Source: an uncultured Clostridia bacterium (GTDB lineage: Bacteria > Bacillota > Clostridia > TANB77 > CAG-508). Taken from it: a stretch of DNA of 40,863 bases. Of this stretch, positions 10,933 to 19,675 are shown piece after piece. The notes under the pieces are model-generated. The model was not told where the DNA came from and did no database searches. It saw only the letters and a list, made by a program, of their open reading frames with translations. Every line of letters starts with the position of its first letter. Within the stretch, counting starts at the first letter, position 1. Where the stretch lies: positions 1 to 40,863 of the forward strand of contig CALXZZ010000003.1 in the NCBI GenBank assembly GCA_944393365.1. Reading direction: 5' to 3'. The position numbers were made by a program, and so were the translations under genes.

Positions 10933-11208
10933 AAAGATAGAATAAATTGTTACAATTCACAGTTGAAATAATTTCTTATTAGCTAAGATATTATATTAAA
11001 TATTTTTTGTACCTTGTTGTCGCAACAGTCTGATTATCAAAAGAAAAATTTATTTTTCTTTTGATAGAAAGAAAGTTGCTCCAATCGCACTCGCCTTATA
11101 AAAGGCTCGTTTGGGCGCTACGCGGTACAGCAAAAGTATTTAATATAATATCATTGCTATAAAGAATGCATAAAATGACTGTAAATTGTAACAATTTATT
11201 TTATCTTT
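10933..11208. repeat. ~276 bp long imperfect palindrome with internal hairpins (MITE-like element or structured ncRNA)
   Basis: ~80-nt arms (10933-11013 and 11124-11208) are near reverse complements; internal hairpins TATCAAAAGAAAAAT / ATTTTTCTTTTGATA and GCCTT / AAGGC. Confidence 0.8.
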
Positions 11209-11304
11209 ATTAAATTAGCATCCTTAAAAGTGTTGATATTATACATATAAATTGATAAAATAGATGCATAAATAAAGAAATAAAAAATTAATCAGAGGGA
11301 GAAA

Positions 11305-12189
11305 ATGAAAAAGAAAATAGCAAAAACAATAGCCGGAATCATAATATTAATAATTGCAATAATAATGCTAATCATATCATTTTTCTTGATAATGGATATA
11401 GAAAGCAAAGCACCAGAAGAAGTACAAATAGATTGCAATTTAGAAACTGAAGAATTTATAGGAAGAAAAGTATTTATAATAACACCAAAAAATGAACAAA
11501 AATCAGAAAAAGTAATATTATATCTACATGGAGGCTCATACGTAGCAGAAACAAGTAGCAATCATTGGAGATTTTTAGAAAAATTAGTGAAAGATACAAA
11601 TGCAACAATAATACTTCCAGATTATCCACTAACACCAAAATACACATATAAAGACGTATTCACAATGATTACACCATTATATAAAGAAATAATAGAAGAA
11701 GTTCCAACAAATAATTTAATATTAATGGGAGACTCAGCAGGTGGAGGAATGAGTTTAGCACTATTAGAAAAATTAAGTCAAGAAAAAATAGAAATGCCAT
11801 ATAAAACAATATTAATATCACCATGGCTAGATGTAAGGCTAGAAAATCCAGAAATAGATAATGTACAAAAATATGATAAAGATTTAAACAAAGAATCTTT
11901 AAAAATTGCAGGAATTGCATATGCTGGAAAAGATGGAATAGATTGCTACTTGGTAAATCCAATAGATGGAGATTTATCAAAATTAAAAAATGTAACAATT
12001 TTTACAGGAACATATGATATACTAAATCCAGACGTACATGTTTTAGAAGAAAAGGCAAAAGAATCTAATGTTGAACTAGAAATTAAAGAATATGACGGTG
12101 CAGGGCATATCTGGTTTATCAATAATAATAGCGGAAAAGAATTAGATGAAAAAGGTTATCAAGACTTGCTTGAAGAAGTGGAAGAATAG
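11305..12189 (+). CDS. Alpha/beta hydrolase (HSL-like esterase/lipase), N-terminally anchored
   Basis: LYLHGG, GDSAGG nucleophile elbow, D in YDIL, H in AGHIW; N-terminal TM segment. Confidence 0.9.
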   Translation: MKKKIAKTIAGIIILIIAIIMLIISFFLIMDIESKAPEEVQIDCNLETEEFIGRKVFIITPKNEQKSEKVILYLHGGSYVAETSSNHWRFLEKLVKDTNATIILPDYPLTPKYTYKDVFTMITPLYKEIIEEVPTNNLILMGDSAGGGMSLALLEKLSQEKIEMPYKTILISPWLDVRLENPEIDNVQKYDKDLNKESLKIAGIAYAGKDGIDCYLVNPIDGDLSKLKNVTIFTGTYDILNPDVHVLEEKAKESNVELEIKEYDGAGHIWFINNNSGKELDEKGYQDLLEEVEE

Positions 12190-12232
12190 CAGTATAATCA
12201 ATAAAAAATACAATAAAGGTGAAGGGATTATA

Positions 12233-13537
12233 ATGAAAGAAAAAGAAAGAAAATTAGCATGGAGAAGGCTAGACAATTCAGCTAAAATATTTCCAATTGC
12301 AGCAGGTAGAAAATATAGCACAGTTTTTAGATTATCAGTAGTATTAAATGAAAATGTAGAACCGAAAATGCTAGAAAAAGCAGTAAAAGAGACACTGGAA
12401 AAATATAAAGCATTTAAAGTAAGAATGAAATCAGGATTTTTTTGGTACTACTTTGAAGAAAATACAAAAGAACCAATAATTGAAAAAGAAAAAGACTATC
12501 CTTGTAACTACATAGATCCAAATAAAAATAATGGTTATTTATTTAAAGTAACATATTTCAATAATAAAATAAATATAGATATATTTCACTCTCTAACAGA
12601 TGGGAATAGTGGAAATGTATTTTTCAGAGAAATTGTATATACATATTTGGAACTTATGCATCCAGAAATATTAAAAGAAGAAAGAAAAGCAAGAAAAATA
12701 GATGCATCTGAATATAACACAGAAGATAGTTACATGAAAAACTATGATAAAAAAGCAAAAGGAAATAGTTCAACAAAAAAAGCATATACATTAAAAGGAA
12801 AATACATCCCACTACAAGCCAAAAGCGTCATACATGAAATAATAGATTTAGATAAATTAAAAGTTTTAAGCAAGGAAAAGGAAGCAACAATTACACAATA
12901 TTTAACAGCGGTTTTGATATATTCAATATATAAAGAAAATTATTTAAGATATAAAAGTAAATCACAAAAGCCAATAAAAGTATGTATACCAGTAAATTTA
13001 AAGAAATATTTCCCTTCAAAAACAATGTCAAACTTCTTTTCATACATTACAGTTGAGGCTCAAATGCAAAAAGACAATTTAGACACATTTGATAAAAGAT
13101 TAGAATTTGTGAAAAAAGAATTTAAAGAAAAATTAGCAGAAGAAGAAATTATAAAAACAATGTCTGCAAATGTAAAACTAGGAACTAATTTCTTTATAAA
13201 AACTATACCACTATTTTTAAAAAAGCCATTAGTTAGATTAAGTTACCTAGAAATTAGAAAATATACCACAATCACATATTCTAACATTGGAAGAATAGGA
13301 ATTATAGGAAAATACAAAAACTATATAAAATATTTCTTGATGCTAATTGCACCAGAAAATGTAGAAAAAATAAAATGTTCAAGTTGTACATTTGAAAATA
13401 AAATGGTATTTACTTTTACATCAATCTTAAATGATAATAACATAGAAAAGGGCTTTTATAATTTCTTGAAAGAAAAAGGAATCAATGTAGAAATAGAAAG
13501 TAATGGTGTTTTAGATGATATATCCAAAGAAAATTAG
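12233..13537 (+). CDS. Alcohol acetyltransferase / condensation-fold CoA-dependent acyltransferase
   Basis: HSLTDG (HxxxDG) motif, PVNLKKYFPSKTMSNF, SNIG; start moved to ATG 12233 after the RBS. Confidence 0.75.
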   Translation: MKEKERKLAWRRLDNSAKIFPIAAGRKYSTVFRLSVVLNENVEPKMLEKAVKETLEKYKAFKVRMKSGFFWYYFEENTKEPIIEKEKDYPCNYIDPNKNNGYLFKVTYFNNKINIDIFHSLTDGNSGNVFFREIVYTYLELMHPEILKEERKARKIDASEYNTEDSYMKNYDKKAKGNSSTKKAYTLKGKYIPLQAKSVIHEIIDLDKLKVLSKEKEATITQYLTAVLIYSIYKENYLRYKSKSQKPIKVCIPVNLKKYFPSKTMSNFFSYITVEAQMQKDNLDTFDKRLEFVKKEFKEKLAEEEIIKTMSANVKLGTNFFIKTIPLFLKKPLVRLSYLEIRKYTTITYSNIGRIGIIGKYKNYIKYFLMLIAPENVEKIKCSSCTFENKMVFTFTSILNDNNIEKGFYNFLKEKGINVEIESNGVLDDISKEN

Positions 13538-14078
13538 TGCAAATAAAAGTGGAAAATTAATAAAAATATTATTGTTATCATCTGTAATTTTAGCAATAAT
13601 ACTAATATTAATTAACAAATTAACAACTCCAAATGTATCTTGGGCAGCCTTAGCAAATGGTGGAATTATATATGTATGGATTACAGTAATCTATTCAATT
13701 AGAAAAAATACAAATATTGCAGGACATGTGCTAATACAAACACTTGCAATATCTTTGCTAACCGTTTTTATAGATTACAAACTAGGATTTCAAGGCTGGT
13801 CAATCGAAATTTCAATTCCAATTATTATTATGATTTCAAATATAACAATGTTGGTATTGACAATTGTAAGTTATAAAAAATATATTAAATATGCAATTTA
13901 TCAATTAGTTATCGTTTTATTTAGTATGTTGCCAGTAGTTTTTATTGAAGAAAAAATGGTTAATAATCCAGTTTTAAGTATTGTTGCAAGTAGTATTTCT
14001 GTCCTTAATTTTATTTTATGCTTAATACTTTGTGCAAGAGATGTTAAAGAAGCTATAGTTAGGAAATTTCATTGGTAA
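13515..14078 (+). CDS. Multi-pass membrane protein (DUF6320-like, from recall)
   Basis: About 6 hydrophobic segments; overlaps the acyltransferase stop; ends RKFH. Confidence 0.65.
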   Translation: MIYPKKISANKSGKLIKILLLSSVILAIILILINKLTTPNVSWAALANGGIIYVWITVIYSIRKNTNIAGHVLIQTLAISLLTVFIDYKLGFQGWSIEISIPIIIMISNITMLVLTIVSYKKYIKYAIYQLVIVLFSMLPVVFIEEKMVNNPVLSIVASSISVLNFILCLILCARDVKEAIVRKFHW

Positions 14079-14133
14079 TAAAGTTGAAGAATTGAAACAT
14101 AAAATATATAATACTCATAAATAGGGTGGTATT

Positions 14134-14337
14134 ATGAAAAAAATAGTGGAAACAAGTTTAGTAATAAAAAAAGAAACAAAATTCGATAAAATAAGGGACG
14201 CTTTATTTAGCTTGTTTTTTCATGAAGATTATGAAATGATGCAAAGGCTAGATGAATTATTAAAGGTTAAAAGAGTTGAAACTAATAAAATTGTAATACC
14301 AAAAGAGATAAAAAAGTTTGACAATAGAGGAAAGTAA
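14134..14337 (+). CDS. Hypothetical protein, 67 aa
   Basis: ORF with GGGTGG RBS and an upstream TATAAT; purine-rich coding bias. Confidence 0.6.
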   Translation: MKKIVETSLVIKKETKFDKIRDALFSLFFHEDYEMMQRLDELLKVKRVETNKIVIPKEIKKFDNRGK

Positions 14338-14345
14338 TAATAAAG

Positions 14346-14374
14346 TTGCAAAAATTATGTAAATGTAGTACAAT
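14346..14374 (+). promoter_or_regulatory. SigmaA-type promoter of the HTH-PIN gene
   Basis: TTGCAA-17-TACAAT. Confidence 0.6.
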
Positions 14375-14460
14375 AAATTATAGAATGAAAATTCTATTTT
14401 TATTGTACTTGTTTTTTTAAGTACAAAATTATTTCAAACTATTACAAAAGGAGGAGCAAA

Positions 14461-15558
14461 ATGAGAATTTCACAGGAGGAATGGAACAAACGGTTAGAGG
14501 AGGTGAAACTTGCAAGTGAAGAGTGTAGCTCAATAGAAGAACTAACAGAAATTACAGACTACAATACTAATGGAATAAACTATATGTTAAAAAAATTTCC
14601 GAAAGATGCTGAACAGATTAAGGAAAATTTGAACAGAAATAAAGAAAGAAAAAGAAAAAGCAATATTCGGAAACCCGACGAAACTACTTTAAAGAAAGTA
14701 ACTGCACTTCCAGCAGGAATAGTAGAAGAAAACCTTGCTAAGAAAGAAGAAAAAATAAAAAAAGAAAAGGAACCCAATAGCAAAAACAACACTTCTTTTG
14801 TTATGTTAGATACTTCTATTAGTGATACAGAGGAAATTTTTCATATCCTATAAACATATGCAAAAGAGGGTAAAAAACTAGCTTTAACAGATGTTGTGTT
14901 AGAAGAATTAGCAAATCTTCAAAAAATCAATACAAAACAAGCGGCAGCTGCACGAGAGTTTTTGTATATCATAATGGATAATCTTTCTTCATTTGAACTA
15001 TTTAAGGTAAAACATGAGATGAAAGAAAATGAAACTGTTGATGAAGCAGTAATTGAGTTTTGCATAAAACTAAAAAATAAGGTTTTACTTTTAACCTCAG
15101 ATAAGGAAATGTTTATAAAAGCAATGTTACAAAAGGTAAATACAAGATATTTATCAAAGAATCCTGAGGAAAGAGAAAAGAAAATCTTTGACTTAAGAAA
15201 GAGAAAAAATAAGAAAAACATAGTTGAATTTATTGATATTTTAATACAAGATGGAAAAGCAATATATGTAGATAAAAATAGAAATAATCAATATATAAGG
15301 GTATTTTCTAGAAACAAAGAAGAAAAGCAAGGAAGGGCAATTGTATTAGAAAAAGGAGATCATATTTTCATGTGTACAGCAAAAGAGGATTATATGACAT
15401 TTGCTGATTATGAAATATATGATACTACAAAAAATACTGTTAACATGAAGTATAACTATAGGATATATGACTGTGATTCAGTTATAAGTTTAGTACAACC
15501 CGAGTATAAAAAATTTGCTGAACTTGCAAGGAGAGCCTTAATAAAAAAACAAGTTTGA
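14461..15558 (+). pseudogene. Putative HTH plus PIN-domain ribonuclease, interrupted by an in-frame TAA at 14851-14853
   Basis: ORFs 14461-14853 and 14896-15558 are in the same frame; read-through gives VMLDTS..*..LTDVVLEEL..AREFL..VDEAVI..LLTSDKEM..KA, a PIN acidic pattern. Confidence 0.75.
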
Positions 15559-15587
15559 AAAACCTCAAAAGTTTTATAACTTTTGAA

Positions 15588-15620
15588 AAAGAAAAGCAGA
15601 GATATTTCCTGCTTTTCTTT
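15588..15620 (+). terminator. Intrinsic terminator
   Basis: AAAGAAAAGCAG / CTGCTTTTCTTT. Confidence 0.75.
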
Positions 15621-15687
15621 GCAATATAGACAAAATTAGTTTATAATATATTAGAAATAAACTTTTGAGAAGGGAATAATAGAAAAA

Positions 15688-16716
15688 ATGAAAAACATAA
15701 AAGACTATAACCTAGAAGAATTAAAAAAAGAAATGATAGAATTAGGAGAAAAACCATTCAGAGCAGAACAAATATTTAAATGGGTACATCAAGAAAAAGT
15801 AAAAACATTTGAAGAAATGACAAACCTATCATTAGAATTAAGAAAAAAATTAGAAGAAAACTATACAATGTGCAACTATAAAATATTAAAAAAACAAGAA
15901 TCAAAAGATGGAACAATAAAATACCTATTTGACGTTTTAGATGGAAATGCAATAGAAACAGTACTAATGAGATACCATCATGGAAATAGCATATGTGTAT
16001 CATCTCAAATAGGATGTAAAATGGGATGCAAATTCTGTGCATCAACAGGAATAAATTTCATAAGAAGTCTAACAAGTGGAGAAATAGTAGAACAAATAAT
16101 AGCAGTAGAGCAAGACACCGGAGAAAAAATATCAAATGTAGTATTTATGGGAATAGGAGAACCATTTGATAACTATGACAATGTAGTAAACGCAATAAGA
16201 ATAATAAATAATCCAAAGGGATTAAATATAGGAGCAAGACATATAAGTATATCAACAAGTGGTATAGTACCAAAAATATATCAATTAGCAGAAGAAAATA
16301 TACAATGTACACTATCTATATCTCTTCATGCAACAAGTAATGAAAAAAGAAGTAGCATGATGCCAGTAAACAATGCATACCCATTAGAAGAACTAATGAA
16401 AGCATGTAAAGAATATATAAAGAAAACAAATAAAAGAATATCATTTGAATATGCCTTAGCAAAAGACAATAATGATAATCTACAAGATGCAAAAGAATTA
16501 GTAAAACTATTAAAAGGAATGTTATGCCATGTCAATTTAATACCAATAAACAAAATAGAAAATGGAAAATTTGATAAAAGTTCAAATGAGAATATTATGA
16601 AATTTAGAGATTACTTAAATGACCATGGAATAGTAGCAACAATTAGAAGAGAGCTAGGCTCAGACATAGATGCAGCGTGTGGACAATTAAGAAGAAAAGA
16701 ATTAAACAGGGATTAG
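15688..16716 (+). CDS. rlmN: 23S rRNA m2A2503 / tRNA radical SAM methyltransferase
   Basis: CVSSQIGCKMGCKFCAS, FMGIGEP, DIDAACGQL. Confidence 0.95.
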   Translation: MKNIKDYNLEELKKEMIELGEKPFRAEQIFKWVHQEKVKTFEEMTNLSLELRKKLEENYTMCNYKILKKQESKDGTIKYLFDVLDGNAIETVLMRYHHGNSICVSSQIGCKMGCKFCASTGINFIRSLTSGEIVEQIIAVEQDTGEKISNVVFMGIGEPFDNYDNVVNAIRIINNPKGLNIGARHISISTSGIVPKIYQLAEENIQCTLSISLHATSNEKRSSMMPVNNAYPLEELMKACKEYIKKTNKRISFEYALAKDNNDNLQDAKELVKLLKGMLCHVNLIPINKIENGKFDKSSNENIMKFRDYLNDHGIVATIRRELGSDIDAACGQLRRKELNRD

Positions 16717-16812
16717 GGGACGGTCCTAAAAATCCCTGTTTTTAGGGAATAAGGGACGGACCTTTAGCTAATTTATAAAATAGGGATTTTTAGGACCGTC
16801 CCCCTAATCCCT
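16708..16812. repeat. REP-like GGGAC hairpin triplet (locus B): two direct copies and one inverted copy
   Basis: AGGGATTAGGGGACGGTCCTAAAAATCCCT ... AGGGATTTTTAGGACCGTCCCCCTAATCCCT; contains the rlmN stop. Confidence 0.9.
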
Positions 16813-16865
16813 CTTGAAAAAAGAAAAATTTTATAGTAAAATACGACATAAAGAAGGAGAAAAAA

Positions 16866-17738
16866 ATGATATTAGATGATATAAAAGAAAAGTTACCATT
16901 TATGAAAAAAATCAAAGTATATGCATTTGTAGGACCGTCAGGAACTGGAAAAAGCTATAGAGCACAAATGGTAGCAGGAGAAAAGAATACACATTTCATC
17001 ATAGATGATGGATTACTAATAAAAGATAATGAAGTTGTAGCAGGAGAATCAGCAAAAAAAGCAACAACAAAAGTTGCAACTGTTAAACATGCACTTTTTT
17101 ATGAAGAGGAAGAAAGACAAGAAATAATAAAGGCACTAAAAAAATATAAGCCACAAAGTATATTAATATTAGGAACATCAGATGGAATGGTGAAAAAGAT
17201 TGCAGAAAATTTAGGATTACCAGAAATATCTGAAACAACATATATTACTGATGTTGCAACAAAACAAGAAATGGAAACAGCAAGAAGAATAAGAGTAACT
17301 GAAGGAAAACACGTAATTCCAGTACCAACATTTGAAATAAAAAAAGACTTTTCAGGATATCTATTAGACCCATTACAAATATTCAAATCAAAAGGCAAAG
17401 GAAAAGAACCATACATTTCAGAAAAATCAATAATAAGACCTACATTTAGTTATTTAGGAAAATTTACAATATCAGACTTAGTGTTTAGACAAATTTTAGA
17501 ATATTTAGCAACACAGACACCAGCAATATATAAGATATTAAAAACAAGAGTCGAAAATTATGGAGATGGCGCAAAAATATACATGGAAGTAACTATTATG
17601 TATGGATATAATGTTGTTGATGGAATAAAAGATTTTAAAGAAAAGGCAAGAAAAGAGATAGAAAAATTGACTGCAATGAATGTTGTAGAATTAGATGTAG
17701 TTGCTAAAAATATATATGTACCAGAAAAGGAGAATTAA
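16866..17738 (+). CDS. P-loop NTPase/kinase domain fused to a C-terminal Asp23/Gls24-like domain
   Basis: FVGPSGTGKS Walker A, IIDDG; C-terminal YGYNV..KEIEKLTAMNVVELDVVAKNI resembles Asp23. Confidence 0.7.
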   Translation: MILDDIKEKLPFMKKIKVYAFVGPSGTGKSYRAQMVAGEKNTHFIIDDGLLIKDNEVVAGESAKKATTKVATVKHALFYEEEERQEIIKALKKYKPQSILILGTSDGMVKKIAENLGLPEISETTYITDVATKQEMETARRIRVTEGKHVIPVPTFEIKKDFSGYLLDPLQIFKSKGKGKEPYISEKSIIRPTFSYLGKFTISDLVFRQILEYLATQTPAIYKILKTRVENYGDGAKIYMEVTIMYGYNVVDGIKDFKEKARKEIEKLTAMNVVELDVVAKNIYVPEKEN

Positions 17739-17739
17739 T

Positions 17740-18396
17740 ATGTCATTTGTAGTAGCGATAGATGGACCAGCAGGAGCTGGAAAAGGAACAATAACAAAAT
17801 TAGTTGGAGAAAAATTAAACTTGGTTAATGTAGACACAGGAGCAACATTTAGATGTGTGGCTTTAAATATGCTTAAAGAAAATGTAGGAATGGATGAAGA
17901 AGATAAAATCAGAAGCATATTAGAAAAAATAAATATTGAAATGTATCCAGATGGAAAAATATTTTTAAATGGAGAGGATGTTACAAAAAGAATTAGAGAA
18001 AATGACGTAAATGATTTTGTATCTCCAGTTTCTACAATAAAAATTGTAAGGGACAAATTGCTAGAAATTCAAAGAAAAATTGCAGAAGGAAAAAATGTAA
18101 TAATGGAAGGAAGAGATATAGGAACAACAGTATTTCCAAATGCAGATGTAAAAATATATCTTGATGCAACACCAGAAGAAAGAGCAAGAAGAAGAGTTTT
18201 ACAGAACAAAGAAAAAGGAATTGAAACTTCATATGAAGAGGTCTTAGAAAATATAAAAGATAGAGATTACAGAGATTCAAACAGAGAAATTGCACCATTA
18301 AGAAAAGCAGAGGATGCAATTTATATAGATTCAAGTGATATGACAATTGAAGAAGTTGTAGACAAAGTAATTGATATAATAAATAAGAAGAAATAG
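17740..18396 (+). CDS. cmk: Cytidylate kinase
   Basis: AIDGPAGAGKGT, MEGRDIGT, RDYRDSNR; start moved to ATG 17740. Confidence 0.95.
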   Translation: MSFVVAIDGPAGAGKGTITKLVGEKLNLVNVDTGATFRCVALNMLKENVGMDEEDKIRSILEKINIEMYPDGKIFLNGEDVTKRIRENDVNDFVSPVSTIKIVRDKLLEIQRKIAEGKNVIMEGRDIGTTVFPNADVKIYLDATPEERARRRVLQNKEKGIETSYEEVLENIKDRDYRDSNREIAPLRKAEDAIYIDSSDMTIEEVVDKVIDIINKKK

Positions 18397-18460
18397 AATA
18401 AAATTTATAAATAATATATAAATTAATATAAAAACAAATAAAAAGTGGGGTATAAATTTA

Positions 18461-19066
18461 ATGAAAAGTGTAAAAAAGGGATTTAAAGAAGTAATAAAAT
18501 GGATTGTTAGAGGAGCAATCTATATATGGCTAAAAATCTATTACAGAGCAGATATAAAAGGGTTAGAAAATATTCCAAAAGAAGGAGCTTTAATCTTTTG
18601 TGGAAATCATAGAAGTTATTTAGATCCACCATTAATTGTTGCAACAGCCAAAAGAGATATGAAATTCTTAGCAAAAGAAGAATTATATAAAAACAAATTT
18701 TTAGCATTTTTAGGATGGGCTTTTGAAGCAATCCCTGTAAAAAGAGATGAAAAAGATGTGTCAGCAATAAAGACTTCACTAAAAACATTGAAAAATGGTG
18801 ATTGTATAGCTTTATTCCCAGAAGGAACTAGAAATGGATTAGAAAAAGGAGAAAAACCTAAAGATGGTGTTGCATTTTTTGCAGTAAGAAGCGGAGCAAA
18901 AGTTATACCATGTGGAATTAAAGGTGGAACAAAAGAAAATAGAAAAGTAACAATTACATATGGAGAACCATTAGATTACAGCAAATACAAAAATAATAAA
19001 GATAAAGAAGTTTTTGATAAAGTAACTGAAGAAATAATGGATAAGATTATTGAACTTGCAAAATAA
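18461..19066 (+). CDS. plsC: 1-acyl-sn-glycerol-3-phosphate acyltransferase
   Basis: NHRSYLD, FLAKEEL, FPEGTR. Confidence 0.93.
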   Translation: MKSVKKGFKEVIKWIVRGAIYIWLKIYYRADIKGLENIPKEGALIFCGNHRSYLDPPLIVATAKRDMKFLAKEELYKNKFLAFLGWAFEAIPVKRDEKDVSAIKTSLKTLKNGDCIALFPEGTRNGLEKGEKPKDGVAFFAVRSGAKVIPCGIKGGTKENRKVTITYGEPLDYSKYKNNKDKEVFDKVTEEIMDKIIELAK

Positions 19067-19068
19067 AA

Positions 19069-19099
19069 AACTGAGTGGTAAGCGACTCAGTTCCTTTTT
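19069..19099. terminator. Probable bidirectional terminator
   Basis: AACTGAGT / ACTCAGTT flanked by A and T runs between convergent ORFs. Confidence 0.65.
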
Positions 19100-19121
19100 G
19101 TTTTATAGAAAAAAGTGAATT

Positions 19122-19319
19122 TTATTCTAAAAAACTCAGCCAATCTTCTGCAGTATGCTCAAGGAAGCTGGCACTCCAAACCACACTTGTTTTTCCTTTG
19201 GGATAGTGAATAGCTTCATCTACCATATCTGTCAGAGCACTGGGCCTTTCAGGAATATTAGGAAGAAAAAGATTATTTACTTTTTCTTTTTGTTTTGCAA
19301 TGAAACCTACTGAATCCAT
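19122..19319 (-). CDS. Hypothetical small protein, ~65 aa
   Basis: RBS GAAAGGA upstream of ATG 19319 (alternative start 19340); has its own promoter. Confidence 0.5.
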   Translation of the reverse strand: MDSVGFIAKQKEKVNNLFLPNIPERPSALTDMVDEAIHYPKGKTSVVWSASFLEHTAEDWLSFLE

Positions 19320-19410
19320 AAAAATTTCATTCCTTTCCATTAATTATTGAATCAAGGTTATTAGCAAGCTTACCATTACTATAGCTACAAATGCTTATTG
19401 CATTAGAAAA

Positions 19411-19473
19411 AGTTTAACATAAATCAAAAAGTCTGTCAAATAGTTTGACAAAAATATCGAATTGGTGTATAAT
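19411..19473. promoter_or_regulatory. Back-to-back divergent sigmaA promoters
   Basis: + strand TTGACA(19445)-17-TATAAT(19468); - strand TTGACA(19439-19434)-17-TAAACT. Confidence 0.75.
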
Positions 19474-19583
19474 TTTATATGATTTTATGAGAAAATAGAC
19501 GTTTTTGAAAGGAACTAGAAAAATCTAGAAACTTTTCTAAAAACGTTTTAATTTATGGACAGAGAAAGATATTTATTAAAAAA

Positions 19584-19658
19584 TTGGGCACAATATAAAA
19601 GTGGCGTCCCTAAAGTGACCAAAAATGGTCAGTCCGAACCTGTCCCCAAACTAACCAT
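19584..19658 (-). repeat. REP-like GGGAC hairpin doublet (locus D) in the typA leader
   Basis: Minus strand reads ATGGTTAGTTT-GGGGACAGGTTC-GGACTGACCAT and TTGGTCAC-TTTAGGGACGCCACTTTT..-GTGCCCAA. Confidence 0.65.
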
Positions 19659-19675
19659 GAGGAGGAAGAAATAAA

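Noticed and set aside
14851-14853. Alternative genetic code or programmed read-through at the TAA
   Set aside because: TAA is the normal stop of many intact genes here; a nonsense mutation or base-call error is simpler.
14134-15558. 67-aa ORF plus PIN gene as a classical VapBC pair
   Set aside because: They are separated by about 120 bp containing an independent promoter, and the small ORF shows no recognisable antitoxin fold.
2414-16812. GGGAC repeats as a CRISPR array
   Set aside because: At most three units per locus, mixed orientation, no regular unique spacers and no cas genes.
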